Assembly: GCA_943358385.1 (NCBI GenBank)
Contig: CALRGX010000002.1
Location: 9,718 to 73,717, forward strand
DNA length: 64,000 nt
Source of the DNA: Parcubacteria group bacterium
GTDB lineage: Bacteria > Patescibacteriota > Minisyncoccia > Phycocordibacterales > UBA2100
Reading direction: 5' to 3'
The notes under the pieces: model-generated
Seen by the model: the letters and a program-made list of their open reading frames with translations, nothing else
What the model was told of the DNA's origin: nothing
Database searches by the model: none
Shown: positions 17,494-26,925 of the stretch, in pieces
Layout of the letters: every line of letters starts with the position of its first letter
How positions within the stretch are numbered: position 1 is the stretch's first letter
Translations under genes and position numbers: made by a program

Positions 17494-18171
17494 CTATACT
17501 TGTTGAAACGATAGCTCCTCGAACAAAAGCCCTTCCTTCTTTTCAGAAAGTGCGACGCGTAAAACGTCCTGTACACCAGGCATACAATTCTCTGCTGTAA
17601 TCGCTTTTTTAGATAACCACTGTACTTTCTCCAAAGTAGGGGAGGATTCTTTTATGGGCGTTACATTGCTGCCGTAGAACACATGGCAGAGCATGTGCAC
17701 GATGATTTCATCGTGTGCGTCGGTGACAAGTACGTACACAAGGCCTTTCTGAATGAGCGTGGCGCGAAATCCTGTTTTTTCCTGAAGCTCTCTTTCCGCT
17801 GATGCTTGTACGCTCTCGCCCAAGTGCGTTTTTCCATACGGGAAGCCTATTTGCCCCAAAAATGGCTGTTTGCCGCGAGTGTACAAAAGAAATTCGCGCT
17901 GGTTATTTTCGCACACGGTGAGTGTCACTATTTTTGGCTGTGCTCGCACAAAGAAATGTTCAAAATTCACTCCCGTCGTAAAATGCACACCTTTGGTGGT
18001 TAAGGTGTACTGCCCGCTACTCTGCTTGATGTACCCGTGGCGTACCAACGTTTTCAAATGGTAGCTGAACTGGTTGCCTTCAATACGGGCGGGCTTTAAG
18101 TCGCTGTAGCGTAAGCGCTTGCTGCGGCTGAGAGCTTTCAACACTTGTTTTTGAATCAGATGCATCTCCAT
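17494..18171 (-). CDS. winged-helix DNA-binding domain fused to a C-terminal Nudix hydrolase domain; putative ligand-responsive regulator
   Basis: N-terminal wHTH-like LKALSRSKRLRYSDLKPARIEGNQFSYHLKTLVRHGYIK. Nudix box GKTHLGESVQASAERELQEKTGF fits GX5EX7REUXEEXGU except that the second Glu of the EE pair is Lys. Confidence 0.65.
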   Translation of the reverse strand: MEMHLIQKQVLKALSRSKRLRYSDLKPARIEGNQFSYHLKTLVRHGYIKQSSGQYTLTTKGVHFTTGVNFEHFFVRAQPKIVTLTVCENNQREFLLYTRGKQPFLGQIGFPYGKTHLGESVQASAERELQEKTGFRATLIQKGLVYVLVTDAHDEIIVHMLCHVFYGSNVTPIKESSPTLEKVQWLSKKAITAENCMPGVQDVLRVALSEKKEGLLFEELSFQQV

Positions 18172-18284
18172 GTGGGTAGGATACTACAGCGCGCTGTATT
18201 TTTGAGTCAAGTCGTCTCGACCGAAAGGCTTGCGTATGTACGCTAACCCACTACACTCGCGTGAGGCAACAAGGAGGATGCACC

Positions 18285-18899
18285 ATGAGTTTGTTTGCAG
18301 TGTTAGACGGTGGTGAGGGAAGTGGCACGACCACGCTCTCGCACAGGCTTCACGCACGGTTTCCCAATAGTATTCGCACGCGCGAGCCAGGTGGCTCGAG
18401 CTTGGCGGAAGAGTTGCGTAGCCTTATCTTGCGCACTGAAGCAGCTGCATATGATGCTGAAACAATGTTTGCCGCTTTTTGGGCGGCACGGCGCGATCAT
18501 ATGCGGGAAATCATCATGCCTGCACGAAAGCAGGGTCGCATGGTCTTTTCCGATCGTTTCGATTCTTCTACCTGGGCGTATCAAATACGTGGCCAAGAGC
18601 AATCGCAGCTGGTCGATTTGTTCTGGGCTATGCGCGCACATTACCTGAAAGACTGCGCACCGGACATGTACATCATTCTGGATGTGCCGCCAGAAATGGG
18701 AGTCGCTCGAGCGAAATCTCGCGGCGGAGAGGTAACCCACTTCGATTTGGCCGAGATGGCATTTCACCATCGCGTGCGCGCCGGGTTTCTGGAGTTTGTG
18801 CGCGATTCGCGCACCACACAGCGACAAGCCGTTATCGACGCGACCAAAACGCAAGACTACGTCTTTGCCGAATCCGTTGCCTTTATCGAGGCACACTGA
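18285..18899 (+). CDS. tmk: thymidylate kinase
   Basis: AAGGAGG RBS. P-loop FAVLDGGEGSGTTT and the REPGG motif. Confidence 0.85.
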   Translation: MSLFAVLDGGEGSGTTTLSHRLHARFPNSIRTREPGGSSLAEELRSLILRTEAAAYDAETMFAAFWAARRDHMREIIMPARKQGRMVFSDRFDSSTWAYQIRGQEQSQLVDLFWAMRAHYLKDCAPDMYIILDVPPEMGVARAKSRGGEVTHFDLAEMAFHHRVRAGFLEFVRDSRTTQRQAVIDATKTQDYVFAESVAFIEAH

Positions 18900-18966
18900 A
18901 ATCTGGATTTCGGTCCTTTGCCCGCCGCAGCTGTCCTGCGGCGGGCTTTTCATTTAGAATGCCTGG

Positions 18967-20634
18967 ATGGATACAGAACTACTACTTGAGGCCTTGACTC
19001 TTGCTGCGGTGAAAGCCGGTATTCCCACACCCAGGGTGGTTTTTGATTTTCCGTCGGAATTGAGCCATGGGGACCTCACCACCAACCTCGCTTTGGTGCA
19101 TGCCAAAGAAGTAGGCGATGCACCACGCTCACTTGCAGAAAAAGTAGTCGCCAAGCTCCCCGCAATTCCTGGTATTGAGCTGGTGAATATTGCTGGCCCC
19201 GGGTTCATCAATTTCACCTACACAAAAGACGTACTGACAGCAGTTGTTCACGAGGCGCACACAAAAGGCGAGCAATGGGGTGAAGGCGAAGAGCTGCAGG
19301 GCGCGACCATAATGGTGGAGCACAGCCAGCCAAATCCTTTCAAGCCATTTCACATCGGGCACTTGATGAGTAACACCATTGGCGAATCGCTCGTGCGCCT
19401 CCTGGAAAACCAGCAAGCACGTGTCATACGCGCCAACTACCAAGGCGATGTGGGGCTCCATATCGCCAAAGCAATTTGGGGTATGCAGAAACTCGGCACG
19501 GATCCAAAGGATGTGGAAGCCATCGGTAAGGCATATGCGCACGGTGCACAGTTGTACGAAAAGGACGACACCGTGAAAGGCGAGATTGATGCACTGAATA
19601 TGAAGGTGTATGAGAAAACTGACGGTGTCGTCAACGAACTGTACGACCTGGGTCGCGAAGCCAGCCTGAAGCGCTTCGACGAACTCTACTCTGTGCTCGG
19701 TTCATCATTTGACCGTTTCTATTTCGAAAGCGAAACCGCAGGTATCGGACAAAAAGTAGTCGAGGCGCACCCGGACATCTTTCCGCTCTCAGAAGGGGCA
19801 CGAGTGTTCAAAGGAGAAGAGTACGGGTTGCATACCCGCGTGTTTCTTACTTCCAAAGGACTGCCCACCTACGAAGCAAAAGAGCTGGGACTAGAGACTT
19901 TGAAATCACAGGAATATCCCGAATGCGACGAATTCATCATCACTACTGCTGTGGAGCAAAAAGGCGTCTTCCTCATTATCAAGAAAGCACTTGAAATAAT
20001 TAACCCGGCACTCGGTGCGAAGCTTTCGCACATAAGCCACGGCATGATGCTTTTGCCGACGGGTAAAATGTCGTCGCGCACCGGGGAGGTGGTAACGGGT
20101 GAATCGCTTTTGATTGCATTGGTAGACAAAGCACGCGAGCGCGCCAAAGAAAGCCGCGCTGAAGATGCGGATTTGTTGGCGCAGCAAGTGGCGGTAGCAG
20201 CAATTAAATTTCAAATCTTAAAGCAAGCTGCAGGGAAGGATGCCGTATTTGAAGAAGAACGTGCGCTCTCGCTCGACGGGGACTCGGGACCGTACTTGCA
20301 GTATGCCCATGCGCGGTGTGTTTCCATTTTTGAAAAAGCAAAAGAAGCGGGGATTAAGTCGAAGGCAGATGCCGCTCTTGTTCCTGGGGAAATCACTCGC
20401 CTCCTGGTTCGTTTCCCGCAAGTGGCGCAGCGTTCTGCCGAAGAGCGCGCGGCACACCACATCGCCACCTACCTGATTCAGCTCGCAGGCGAATTTAATT
20501 CCTGGTATGCGCGCGAGCAATTTCTTGATGGCACGGATGCGGCTCCGGCGCGTATCGCGCTCGTCGAGGCAGTGCAGCACACACTCAAAAATGGTCTCGC
20601 GCTCCTGGGTATCCAAGCGCCAGACAAGATGTAG
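18967..20634 (+). CDS. argS: arginyl-tRNA synthetase
   Basis: Class I HIGH-region FHIGHLMS, KMSSRTGEVV, and the overall ArgRS architecture. Confidence 0.95.
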   Translation: MDTELLLEALTLAAVKAGIPTPRVVFDFPSELSHGDLTTNLALVHAKEVGDAPRSLAEKVVAKLPAIPGIELVNIAGPGFINFTYTKDVLTAVVHEAHTKGEQWGEGEELQGATIMVEHSQPNPFKPFHIGHLMSNTIGESLVRLLENQQARVIRANYQGDVGLHIAKAIWGMQKLGTDPKDVEAIGKAYAHGAQLYEKDDTVKGEIDALNMKVYEKTDGVVNELYDLGREASLKRFDELYSVLGSSFDRFYFESETAGIGQKVVEAHPDIFPLSEGARVFKGEEYGLHTRVFLTSKGLPTYEAKELGLETLKSQEYPECDEFIITTAVEQKGVFLIIKKALEIINPALGAKLSHISHGMMLLPTGKMSSRTGEVVTGESLLIALVDKARERAKESRAEDADLLAQQVAVAAIKFQILKQAAGKDAVFEEERALSLDGDSGPYLQYAHARCVSIFEKAKEAGIKSKADAALVPGEITRLLVRFPQVAQRSAEERAAHHIATYLIQLAGEFNSWYAREQFLDGTDAAPARIALVEAVQHTLKNGLALLGIQAPDKM

Positions 20635-20712
20635 GCAACTTTACTGTTTCGGCGTGCTGTGGCATTGTCCCATCGGACTGCACATTGGGTGCAGCAACAA
20701 TGGAGGTCACGA

Positions 20713-21351
20713 ATGAACCGTTTTGTGGTACGCGCTGCTTTGGTTGGTCTTGCCACACTCTTGGGCGGATGCCTGGTGAGCCAGTACGAGCACTTCAGTA
20801 TGCGCAAAGGTGTATCTGTGCCCCTTCCTGATGGAGAGTACAGTTGTTCCAAGGAAAGGAAGAGCGATAAAGACTCAGGGATGGGTCCTCGGCATTTACT
20901 GCTCCATGCGGCCATGTTCCATGGGCGCATCGGCGTCGAGAAACTGGAGACGAGCGAGGGTGTGCGTTACCTCGTCACCGAGAGTACTGATCCGACGGTT
21001 GCTGTGGTCTACGCATTTCATCGTATCGCAGGCGACATCTTCGTCTACAGCACCACTGTCGTGTCGCCTGATAAGAGCGATACGACCGGTGTGGGTTTTG
21101 CGATGTGGTTCGCTAGAATCACAGACCGCACTATCGTGAGCCTTCGAATTGAAGAAGGAAACAGAGCGCGCACGTTAGCGCGCGACCACGGTGTGGAAAG
21201 CAAGACTGAACGTGTCGAAGAGAACCTCTTCGGGCTCTCGCTAGAGGGTACACGAGAGGATGAACGCCGCTTCGTTGAAGCATTTGCCGCAAGTGGACTG
21301 CTCAAACCTGACTCCACCTGCAGCAAGGTGGATACTCCAGACAAGAAGTAA
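20713..21351 (+). CDS. lipoprotein (hypothetical)
   Basis: GGAGG RBS. Signal peptide with lipobox MNRFVVRAALVGLATLLGGC. Confidence 0.5.
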   Translation: MNRFVVRAALVGLATLLGGCLVSQYEHFSMRKGVSVPLPDGEYSCSKERKSDKDSGMGPRHLLLHAAMFHGRIGVEKLETSEGVRYLVTESTDPTVAVVYAFHRIAGDIFVYSTTVVSPDKSDTTGVGFAMWFARITDRTIVSLRIEEGNRARTLARDHGVESKTERVEENLFGLSLEGTREDERRFVEAFAASGLLKPDSTCSKVDTPDKK

Positions 21352-21355
21352 TTGG

Positions 21356-21976
21356 TCACGCAAACCAATCCGCATCATCGGTAATCGCCCAGAGAATGAG
21401 CGATGCCGCGGTTCGATGAGGCTGCCAGCGCTGTGCGCGCTCGGCAGCCTCTTTTTGTGTCGGCGTTGCGGGCAGGCTATCCAGGCGTGCAATGCCTTTA
21501 CGTAATCCTAAGTCACCCGGTGAGAATACGTCTTCGCGCAACAGTGTAAACATCAGAAACATTTCAACCGTCCACGGGCCGATGCCATGGATCTGCACCA
21601 GCTCTTCTCGAATCGTGTCATCAGGCAACGTGTGGAGCGATGCGAATAGTTTTTTCTTGGTAAGCGCTGTTTCAGAAAGGGCGCGTAGTGCTTTTATTTT
21701 TCCAAACGAAAGGCCAGACGCACGCAGCTGCATGTCGTTCATTGCCATGATTTTCCGTGGAGCAGGTGTTTCTTTGGGGAAGAGTGCGAGAAAGCGTGTC
21801 CATATCGCGCGCGCGGCTTTACCCGACAGCTGCTGCCCTACGATAGAACGACATAACGACACAAACGGATCCTTCGGCCTGCGCTCGCTTGGTGCGAGGG
21901 CCTCTTTGTGTTTAAGCGCCGCTGTGTGTAGCTTTGCGTCCACTTTTTTGAAATGGTTCAGCGCCTTTTTCGACAT
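21356..21976 (-). CDS. HhH-GPD superfamily DNA glycosylase (AlkA / 3-methyladenine glycosylase II-like)
   Basis: HhH-GPD motif LVQIHGIGPWTVEMFLMFTL...D. Confidence 0.7.
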   Translation of the reverse strand: MSKKALNHFKKVDAKLHTAALKHKEALAPSERRPKDPFVSLCRSIVGQQLSGKAARAIWTRFLALFPKETPAPRKIMAMNDMQLRASGLSFGKIKALRALSETALTKKKLFASLHTLPDDTIREELVQIHGIGPWTVEMFLMFTLLREDVFSPGDLGLRKGIARLDSLPATPTQKEAAERAQRWQPHRTAASLILWAITDDADWFA

Positions 21977-22064
21977 ACGGGCAATCTAGCACGCTTCGCT
22001 TGCGTGCGCGTCCTCGCGGTTTGTGCTAGAACATTCCTAGTTATGCAAAGACAAGGAGGTTTCT

Positions 22065-22430
22065 ATGGACGACTCAGTGTTGAAAACGACTCAAACGGGG
22101 ACTCATGAAATAAACTCGACTGAGGCCATCACCAGTGCAGTGGGTAACACAAAGATCGATTTCTTGGGAAGGCGTCTGCTCGTTCGGGAGGAGCAAGTGC
22201 ATCTCACGGGGTTGGAGTTCGCAGTTCTCGAGCTTCTGGTGGAACGTCGCTCTACCGTAGTTACCAAGCGCATGTTTCTCGACCGCCTCTATGCGGGTAA
22301 AGATGAGCCAGAGGCAAAAATCATCGATGTATTCATATGCAAGTTGCGGAGAAAACTAAAAGGCAGCGTTGCAGACTTGAGCATTGAAACGGTATGGGGG
22401 CGTGGCTACGTGGTTGACGAACATTCTTAG
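22065..22430 (+). CDS. stand-alone OmpR/PhoB-type winged-helix DNA-binding protein with no receiver domain
   Basis: LTGLEFAVLELLVERRSTVVTKRMFLDRLYAGK...IDVFICKLRRKL...IETVWGRGYVV matches the trans_reg_C pattern. Confidence 0.6.
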   Translation: MDDSVLKTTQTGTHEINSTEAITSAVGNTKIDFLGRRLLVREEQVHLTGLEFAVLELLVERRSTVVTKRMFLDRLYAGKDEPEAKIIDVFICKLRRKLKGSVADLSIETVWGRGYVVDEHS

Positions 22431-22453
22431 AGGCAGTCTCAGGGTGAAAAGAA

Positions 22454-22480
22454 GGAGGCCGAGTCGTAGACTCGGCCTCC
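22454..22480. terminator. bidirectional terminator hairpin
   Basis: ggaggccgagtc-gta-gactcggcctcc. Confidence 0.6.
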
Positions 22481-22492
22481 CCAACGTATGTT

Positions 22493-23083
22493 TTAGCCGA
22501 CATAATCCTGTTCACGAGTGACTCGTAAGCCACTCAGGCCATGTTCGGCGAAAAGCTCGTTCCAGACGAGCAGCTCGCTCAGAGACAGGGTGTATCGCTG
22601 TGCAGCATCATCTATAGAAATGAGGCCACCCCTCACTGCCGAAATCAAAAGCGCCTTTTTTCCAACCACCCAACGCGTGGTGTTCGGAGTTGGTAAGTCG
22701 GCGGCAGTTATCGGTGCTCCATCAGGCCCGACGACATACCGGCGCTTTGTTGGTTCACAGGGCGCAAGAAGAGCCTCCGCCGGGTCTTCGAGTGAATCCC
22801 CCAGACCCAGCAAGGAAGCTTCGTGCGCCACCTCCATGTTGCTCAATGAAATGAGCGACGCACGCGTCTTCTCAAGTCGGTCCCAGAAGGATTGGGCAGC
22901 AAGAGGGTAGAGGATACTGGTCCGGTCAGTGAGAGCGGCCCGCTGCTCCTCAGATGATATGAGTGCAACCAGTTGCGCCTCGTTCTTCTTCAGAAATAAC
23001 GCCATTCTAGTACAGAGCAGATGTTCGCGGCGCAGTGCGTGGCGGGCATGTGCGTCTCTATCGCGCGAGGTCACTCGTTTCAT
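22493..23083 (-). CDS. DUF1153-family protein (SciP-like C-terminal HTH) with a long N-terminal extension
   Basis: C-terminus TTRWVVGKKALLISAVRGGLISIDDAAQRYTLSLSELLVWNELFAEHGLSGLRVT resembles DUF1153 (TRW...KA.LV.AV..G.IS.EEA...Y.LS.EEF..W...GL.GLR). The true start may be the internal Met at about 23004. Confidence 0.5.
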   Translation of the reverse strand: MKRVTSRDRDAHARHALRREHLLCTRMALFLKKNEAQLVALISSEEQRAALTDRTSILYPLAAQSFWDRLEKTRASLISLSNMEVAHEASLLGLGDSLEDPAEALLAPCEPTKRRYVVGPDGAPITAADLPTPNTTRWVVGKKALLISAVRGGLISIDDAAQRYTLSLSELLVWNELFAEHGLSGLRVTREQDYVG

Positions 23084-23186
23084 AAGGTGCTCCTATTTTG
23101 GCTACTCAGCCAACGCTATCCGACTCAGGTCTTCAACGCAAGTGAGGTATGTTTCGAAATCGAGTTCCGTTTGCTAGGATACCTCT

Positions 23187-26100
23187 ATGGAGAATCGTCC
23201 AGGAGATGAAAAAACGGAAACATCGAAGCGCGAAGAGGCGGTGCTTTCGTTTTGGAACGAGCACAAGATTTTCGAGAAGTCAGTCGCTAAGGATGCCCCA
23301 AAGGGCGAGTATGTGTTCTACGACGGACCGCCGTTTGCAACCGGGCTCCCACATTACGGGCACATCGTCGCTTCGGTCATCAAAGACGTGGTACCGCGCT
23401 ATTTCACCATGCAGGGCTACAGCGTGCCGCGCCGTTGGGGGTGGGATTGCCACGGGCTACCGATTGAAAACATCGTAGAAAAAGAATTAGGCACCAAACG
23501 CAAAAAAGACATCGTCGAGCAGGTGGGCATCGCAAAATTCAACGAGCTGTGCCGCTCGAAAGTAATGACGTATGCCGACGACTGGAAGAAAATCATCCCG
23601 CGCATCGGTCGCTGGGCGGATATGGAAAATCCGTACTTCACCATGTCTCCGGAATTCATGGAAAGTGTGTGGTGGGTATTCAAGCAGCTGTATGACAAAA
23701 AGCTGGTGTACGAAGATTACCGCTCGATGCACATCTGCCCTCGCTGCGAGACCACGCTTTCACAAGGTGAAGTAGCCGAAGGGTACAAGATGATTAAAGA
23801 TTTGGCGGTAACAGTTAAATTTCCTTTGGTGGACGAACCTAACACCTTTGTGCTTGCGTGGACGACCACGCCATGGACGCTGCCGGGGAACGTTGCCCTT
23901 GCGGTGCATAAGGAGGTCACGTATGTAAAGGTCCGCGCCCTTCAAGCAGCTACCGTATCGTCGAGTAATGGAGAGTACTCGGTTGCTGAGAACAGTGCCC
24001 TCTACATTGTTTCAAAAGAAGCGCATGAAAGGATGGCGGGGCAGACTCTCGCGATTGTTCCAGAGGGAGAAGTGAAGGGTCATGAACTCATTGGAAAAGA
24101 ATATCTTCCCCCATTCGATTCCTACCAAAACGCCAAAGTAAAAAATATAGAAAACGCGTGGAAGATTTACCATGCAGATTTCATCACGACCGACACGGGT
24201 ACTGGCATCGCACACGAGGCACCCGCGTTTGGTGCAGAAGACATGGTGCTCGCGCAGAAGGAGGGTCTGCCTCTCATTTCACACGTGGCAATGGATGGTA
24301 CTATTGCGCCCGAGGTGAAAGAGCTTGCAGGGCTTTCGGTAAAGCCAATTAATGATCCGCAGGCAACCGATGTGGAGGTGGTGAGATATTTGGCTGGGAA
24401 AGGGCTTCTCTTTGCAAAAGAAAAATACGAGCACAGCTACCCACACTGCTGGCGCTGTGACACTCCGCTCATCAACTACGCCACTTCGTCGTGGTTTGTA
24501 AAAGTAGAAGGCATAAAACCAACACTTCTTGCAACTGCAGAAAATGTAAACTGGTCGCCATCACACGTGAAAGAAGGGCGCTTTGGGAAATGGCTTGAAG
24601 GTGCACGCGACTGGTCAATTTCTCGCCAGCGTTTCTGGGCGAGCGTCATCCCACTGTGGCGTTGCGCGAGCTGTGGCAAGGAAGAGGTATTCGGGTCGGT
24701 GGCTGAGCTTAAAGAAAAGAGTGGGGTAGAGGTGAAAGACCTACACAAACATATCGTCGACGAGGTTACGTACCCATGCACCTGCGGTGGCACCATGAAG
24801 CGTATACCAGACGTACTCGATACATGGTTCGATTCAGGCTCGATGCCGTATGGCGAAAAACACTACCCATTTGAAGACAAGGCACGCTTCGAGAAAACAT
24901 ACCCAGCCCAATTCATTGCAGAAGGGCAGGATCAGACGCGTGCATGGTTCTACTATCTCCACGTGTTGGCCGGCGCCGTGTTTGAAAAGAATGCGTTCCA
25001 GAATGTGATAGTAAACGGCATCGTGCTTGCAGAAGACGGCAAGAAAATGTCGAAGAAATTGCAAAACTATCCCGACCCGATGCTCGTGGTGGAAAAATAC
25101 GGTGCCGATGCATTGCGCCTCTACCTAATGAGCTCGCCGGTGGTGCGTGCAGAAAATCTGAACTTCTCTGAAGAAGGGGTGCATGAAACCGCTCGCAAGG
25201 TGGTGGATAGGCTCGTGAACACACACCAGTTCTATACTCTTTTTAAAGACACTCAGGCACATGTACCTGCGGACACCAGCGAGCATGTGCTCGACCGCTG
25301 GATTCTTGCATTACTGCGCAAGACGCATGCCGAGGTTAGCGAGGCGATGGAACGCTACGAGCTCGATCGTGCATCGCGCCCGCTGATTGATTTCATGGAC
25401 GACCTGTCCACCTGGTACCTGCGTCGCTCTCGCGACCGTTTCAAATCCGACAACGCTGCCGATGTGTCGGCTGCTCTTTCGACACTCTCATTCGTGCTAC
25501 GTGAATACGCAAAAATGAGCGCTCCTTTTACGCCGTTTCTTTCAGAATGGTTGTGGCAAGAAATGAAAATCGATAGTGATGCAGAGAGTGTGCACCTTGC
25601 GCAATGGAGTGTATTTGAACCAATGCGTACGCAAGACGAGCAAGAAACTCTGACCAAACACATGACGCTGACGCGAAGTATTGTTTCTGCTGGTTTGGAA
25701 AAGAGATCGAAGGCTAACATCAAAGTGCGGCAGCCGCTTTCAAAAATTATAATTGGGGTTGATATACCCGCGCTTGCAGAAGAATTTAGCGAACTGATTC
25801 AAGATGAATTGAATGTTAAAGAAGTGGTGTATCTCCACGCACCGGATAAGAATCCGACAGAAGGGAGCCTTTCATACGCAGTGCTGTCTGTTGAGCTCGA
25901 CACTACGCTTACGCCAGAGCTTCTGCGCGAGGGCGTCATCCGCGACCTCTTGCGTGCGGTGCAAGGCTTGCGCAAAGACATGAACCTGACCCCTGGCGAG
26001 AAGGTGACGCTGGTGGTTTCGGCAAGTGAGGCAGGCAAGGAAATAGTTGCCGAGGCACAAAAGGAATTACTCCGCGTGGCGAATGTGCAACAGACGGTGT

Positions 26101-26189
26101 TTGAAGAAGTGGGCGCATTGGAGCACCTGGGGAAACTCGAAGCAGAAGGGGAGACAGTCGCAACCTTCACTCTCCGTACCGAAATATAA
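23187..26189 (+). CDS. ileS: isoleucyl-tRNA synthetase (1000 aa)
   Basis: GLPHYGH HIGH-motif, WTTTPWTLP (IleRS signature), KMSKKLQN KMSKS motif. Confidence 0.95.
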   Translation: MENRPGDEKTETSKREEAVLSFWNEHKIFEKSVAKDAPKGEYVFYDGPPFATGLPHYGHIVASVIKDVVPRYFTMQGYSVPRRWGWDCHGLPIENIVEKELGTKRKKDIVEQVGIAKFNELCRSKVMTYADDWKKIIPRIGRWADMENPYFTMSPEFMESVWWVFKQLYDKKLVYEDYRSMHICPRCETTLSQGEVAEGYKMIKDLAVTVKFPLVDEPNTFVLAWTTTPWTLPGNVALAVHKEVTYVKVRALQAATVSSSNGEYSVAENSALYIVSKEAHERMAGQTLAIVPEGEVKGHELIGKEYLPPFDSYQNAKVKNIENAWKIYHADFITTDTGTGIAHEAPAFGAEDMVLAQKEGLPLISHVAMDGTIAPEVKELAGLSVKPINDPQATDVEVVRYLAGKGLLFAKEKYEHSYPHCWRCDTPLINYATSSWFVKVEGIKPTLLATAENVNWSPSHVKEGRFGKWLEGARDWSISRQRFWASVIPLWRCASCGKEEVFGSVAELKEKSGVEVKDLHKHIVDEVTYPCTCGGTMKRIPDVLDTWFDSGSMPYGEKHYPFEDKARFEKTYPAQFIAEGQDQTRAWFYYLHVLAGAVFEKNAFQNVIVNGIVLAEDGKKMSKKLQNYPDPMLVVEKYGADALRLYLMSSPVVRAENLNFSEEGVHETARKVVDRLVNTHQFYTLFKDTQAHVPADTSEHVLDRWILALLRKTHAEVSEAMERYELDRASRPLIDFMDDLSTWYLRRSRDRFKSDNAADVSAALSTLSFVLREYAKMSAPFTPFLSEWLWQEMKIDSDAESVHLAQWSVFEPMRTQDEQETLTKHMTLTRSIVSAGLEKRSKANIKVRQPLSKIIIGVDIPALAEEFSELIQDELNVKEVVYLHAPDKNPTEGSLSYAVLSVELDTTLTPELLREGVIRDLLRAVQGLRKDMNLTPGEKVTLVVSASEAGKEIVAEAQKELLRVANVQQTVFEEVGALEHLGKLEAEGETVATFTLRTEI

Positions 26190-26225
26190 AGGTCGGTCCT
26201 TTATATAAAGGACCGACCTTTATAT
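26184..26225. repeat. REP-like palindromic element, double head-to-head copy (tataaaggtcggtcctttata / tataaaggaccgacctttata) overlapping the ileS stop
   Basis: Exact copies of the 21-bp palindrome also found at 46471, 46584, 47848, 48325 and 62148. Confidence 0.75.
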
Positions 26226-26264
26226 TTGGAAGCAGTAACCAGGGCATTCTGGTATTCTTTTGGT

Positions 26265-26834
26265 ATGTATCAGAAGTACACTACGGAAGCTATCGTCCTG
26301 AGCGCTCGCGAACGTGGAGAAGCTGACAAAACAATCATACTTTTGACCAAGGATTTTGGGCTGCTCTTTGCGCGTGCCATAGGCGCGCGCAAAGAATCCT
26401 CACTGATGCGCTATGCGCTCGTTACCGGAAGTACTGCACGAATATCTTTGGTGCGCGGCAAACGCGAATGGCGCATCGCCGGTGCGGTGTCGGTCTCTTG
26501 CGGCCTCAATGGTGCATCTCTCCATGTCTTTGCGCGTATGGCACGGCTCGTCTCGCGCCTTGTCCATGGTGAAGAAGAAAACGAGCAATTATTTGAGACC
26601 GTGCGCACTGCGCATGAGGCGCTGATGGTTGCAGATGTAAAAGCACTACCTTCGATTGAATTGCTGGCGGTTGCGCGCGTGTTGCACTCGCTGGGCTACA
26701 TTGCGCCCGAGGCCGTTGGTTCAGCGCTTTTTGTACAGACGGCATACACACCGGAGATGGCTGCAGAAACAGAAAAGGCGCGCATCGCTCTCTTGGGTGC
26801 GGTAAACGCGGCGATTGCAGCATCGCAACTGTAG
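26265..26834 (+). CDS. recO: DNA repair protein RecO (short form)
   Basis: N-terminal OB-fold pattern MYQKYTTEAIVLSARERGEADKTIILLTKDFGLLFARAIGARKESS. Confidence 0.6.
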   Translation: MYQKYTTEAIVLSARERGEADKTIILLTKDFGLLFARAIGARKESSLMRYALVTGSTARISLVRGKREWRIAGAVSVSCGLNGASLHVFARMARLVSRLVHGEEENEQLFETVRTAHEALMVADVKALPSIELLAVARVLHSLGYIAPEAVGSALFVQTAYTPEMAAETEKARIALLGAVNAAIAASQL

Positions 26835-26925
26835 TGGGTAGGGAATAGGGTTTAGCGTATAGAAAATGGATCTACTAGTCCCTACTCCCTGATCACTTTT
26901 CCCTGCCTCGCGGTATAATCCACCT

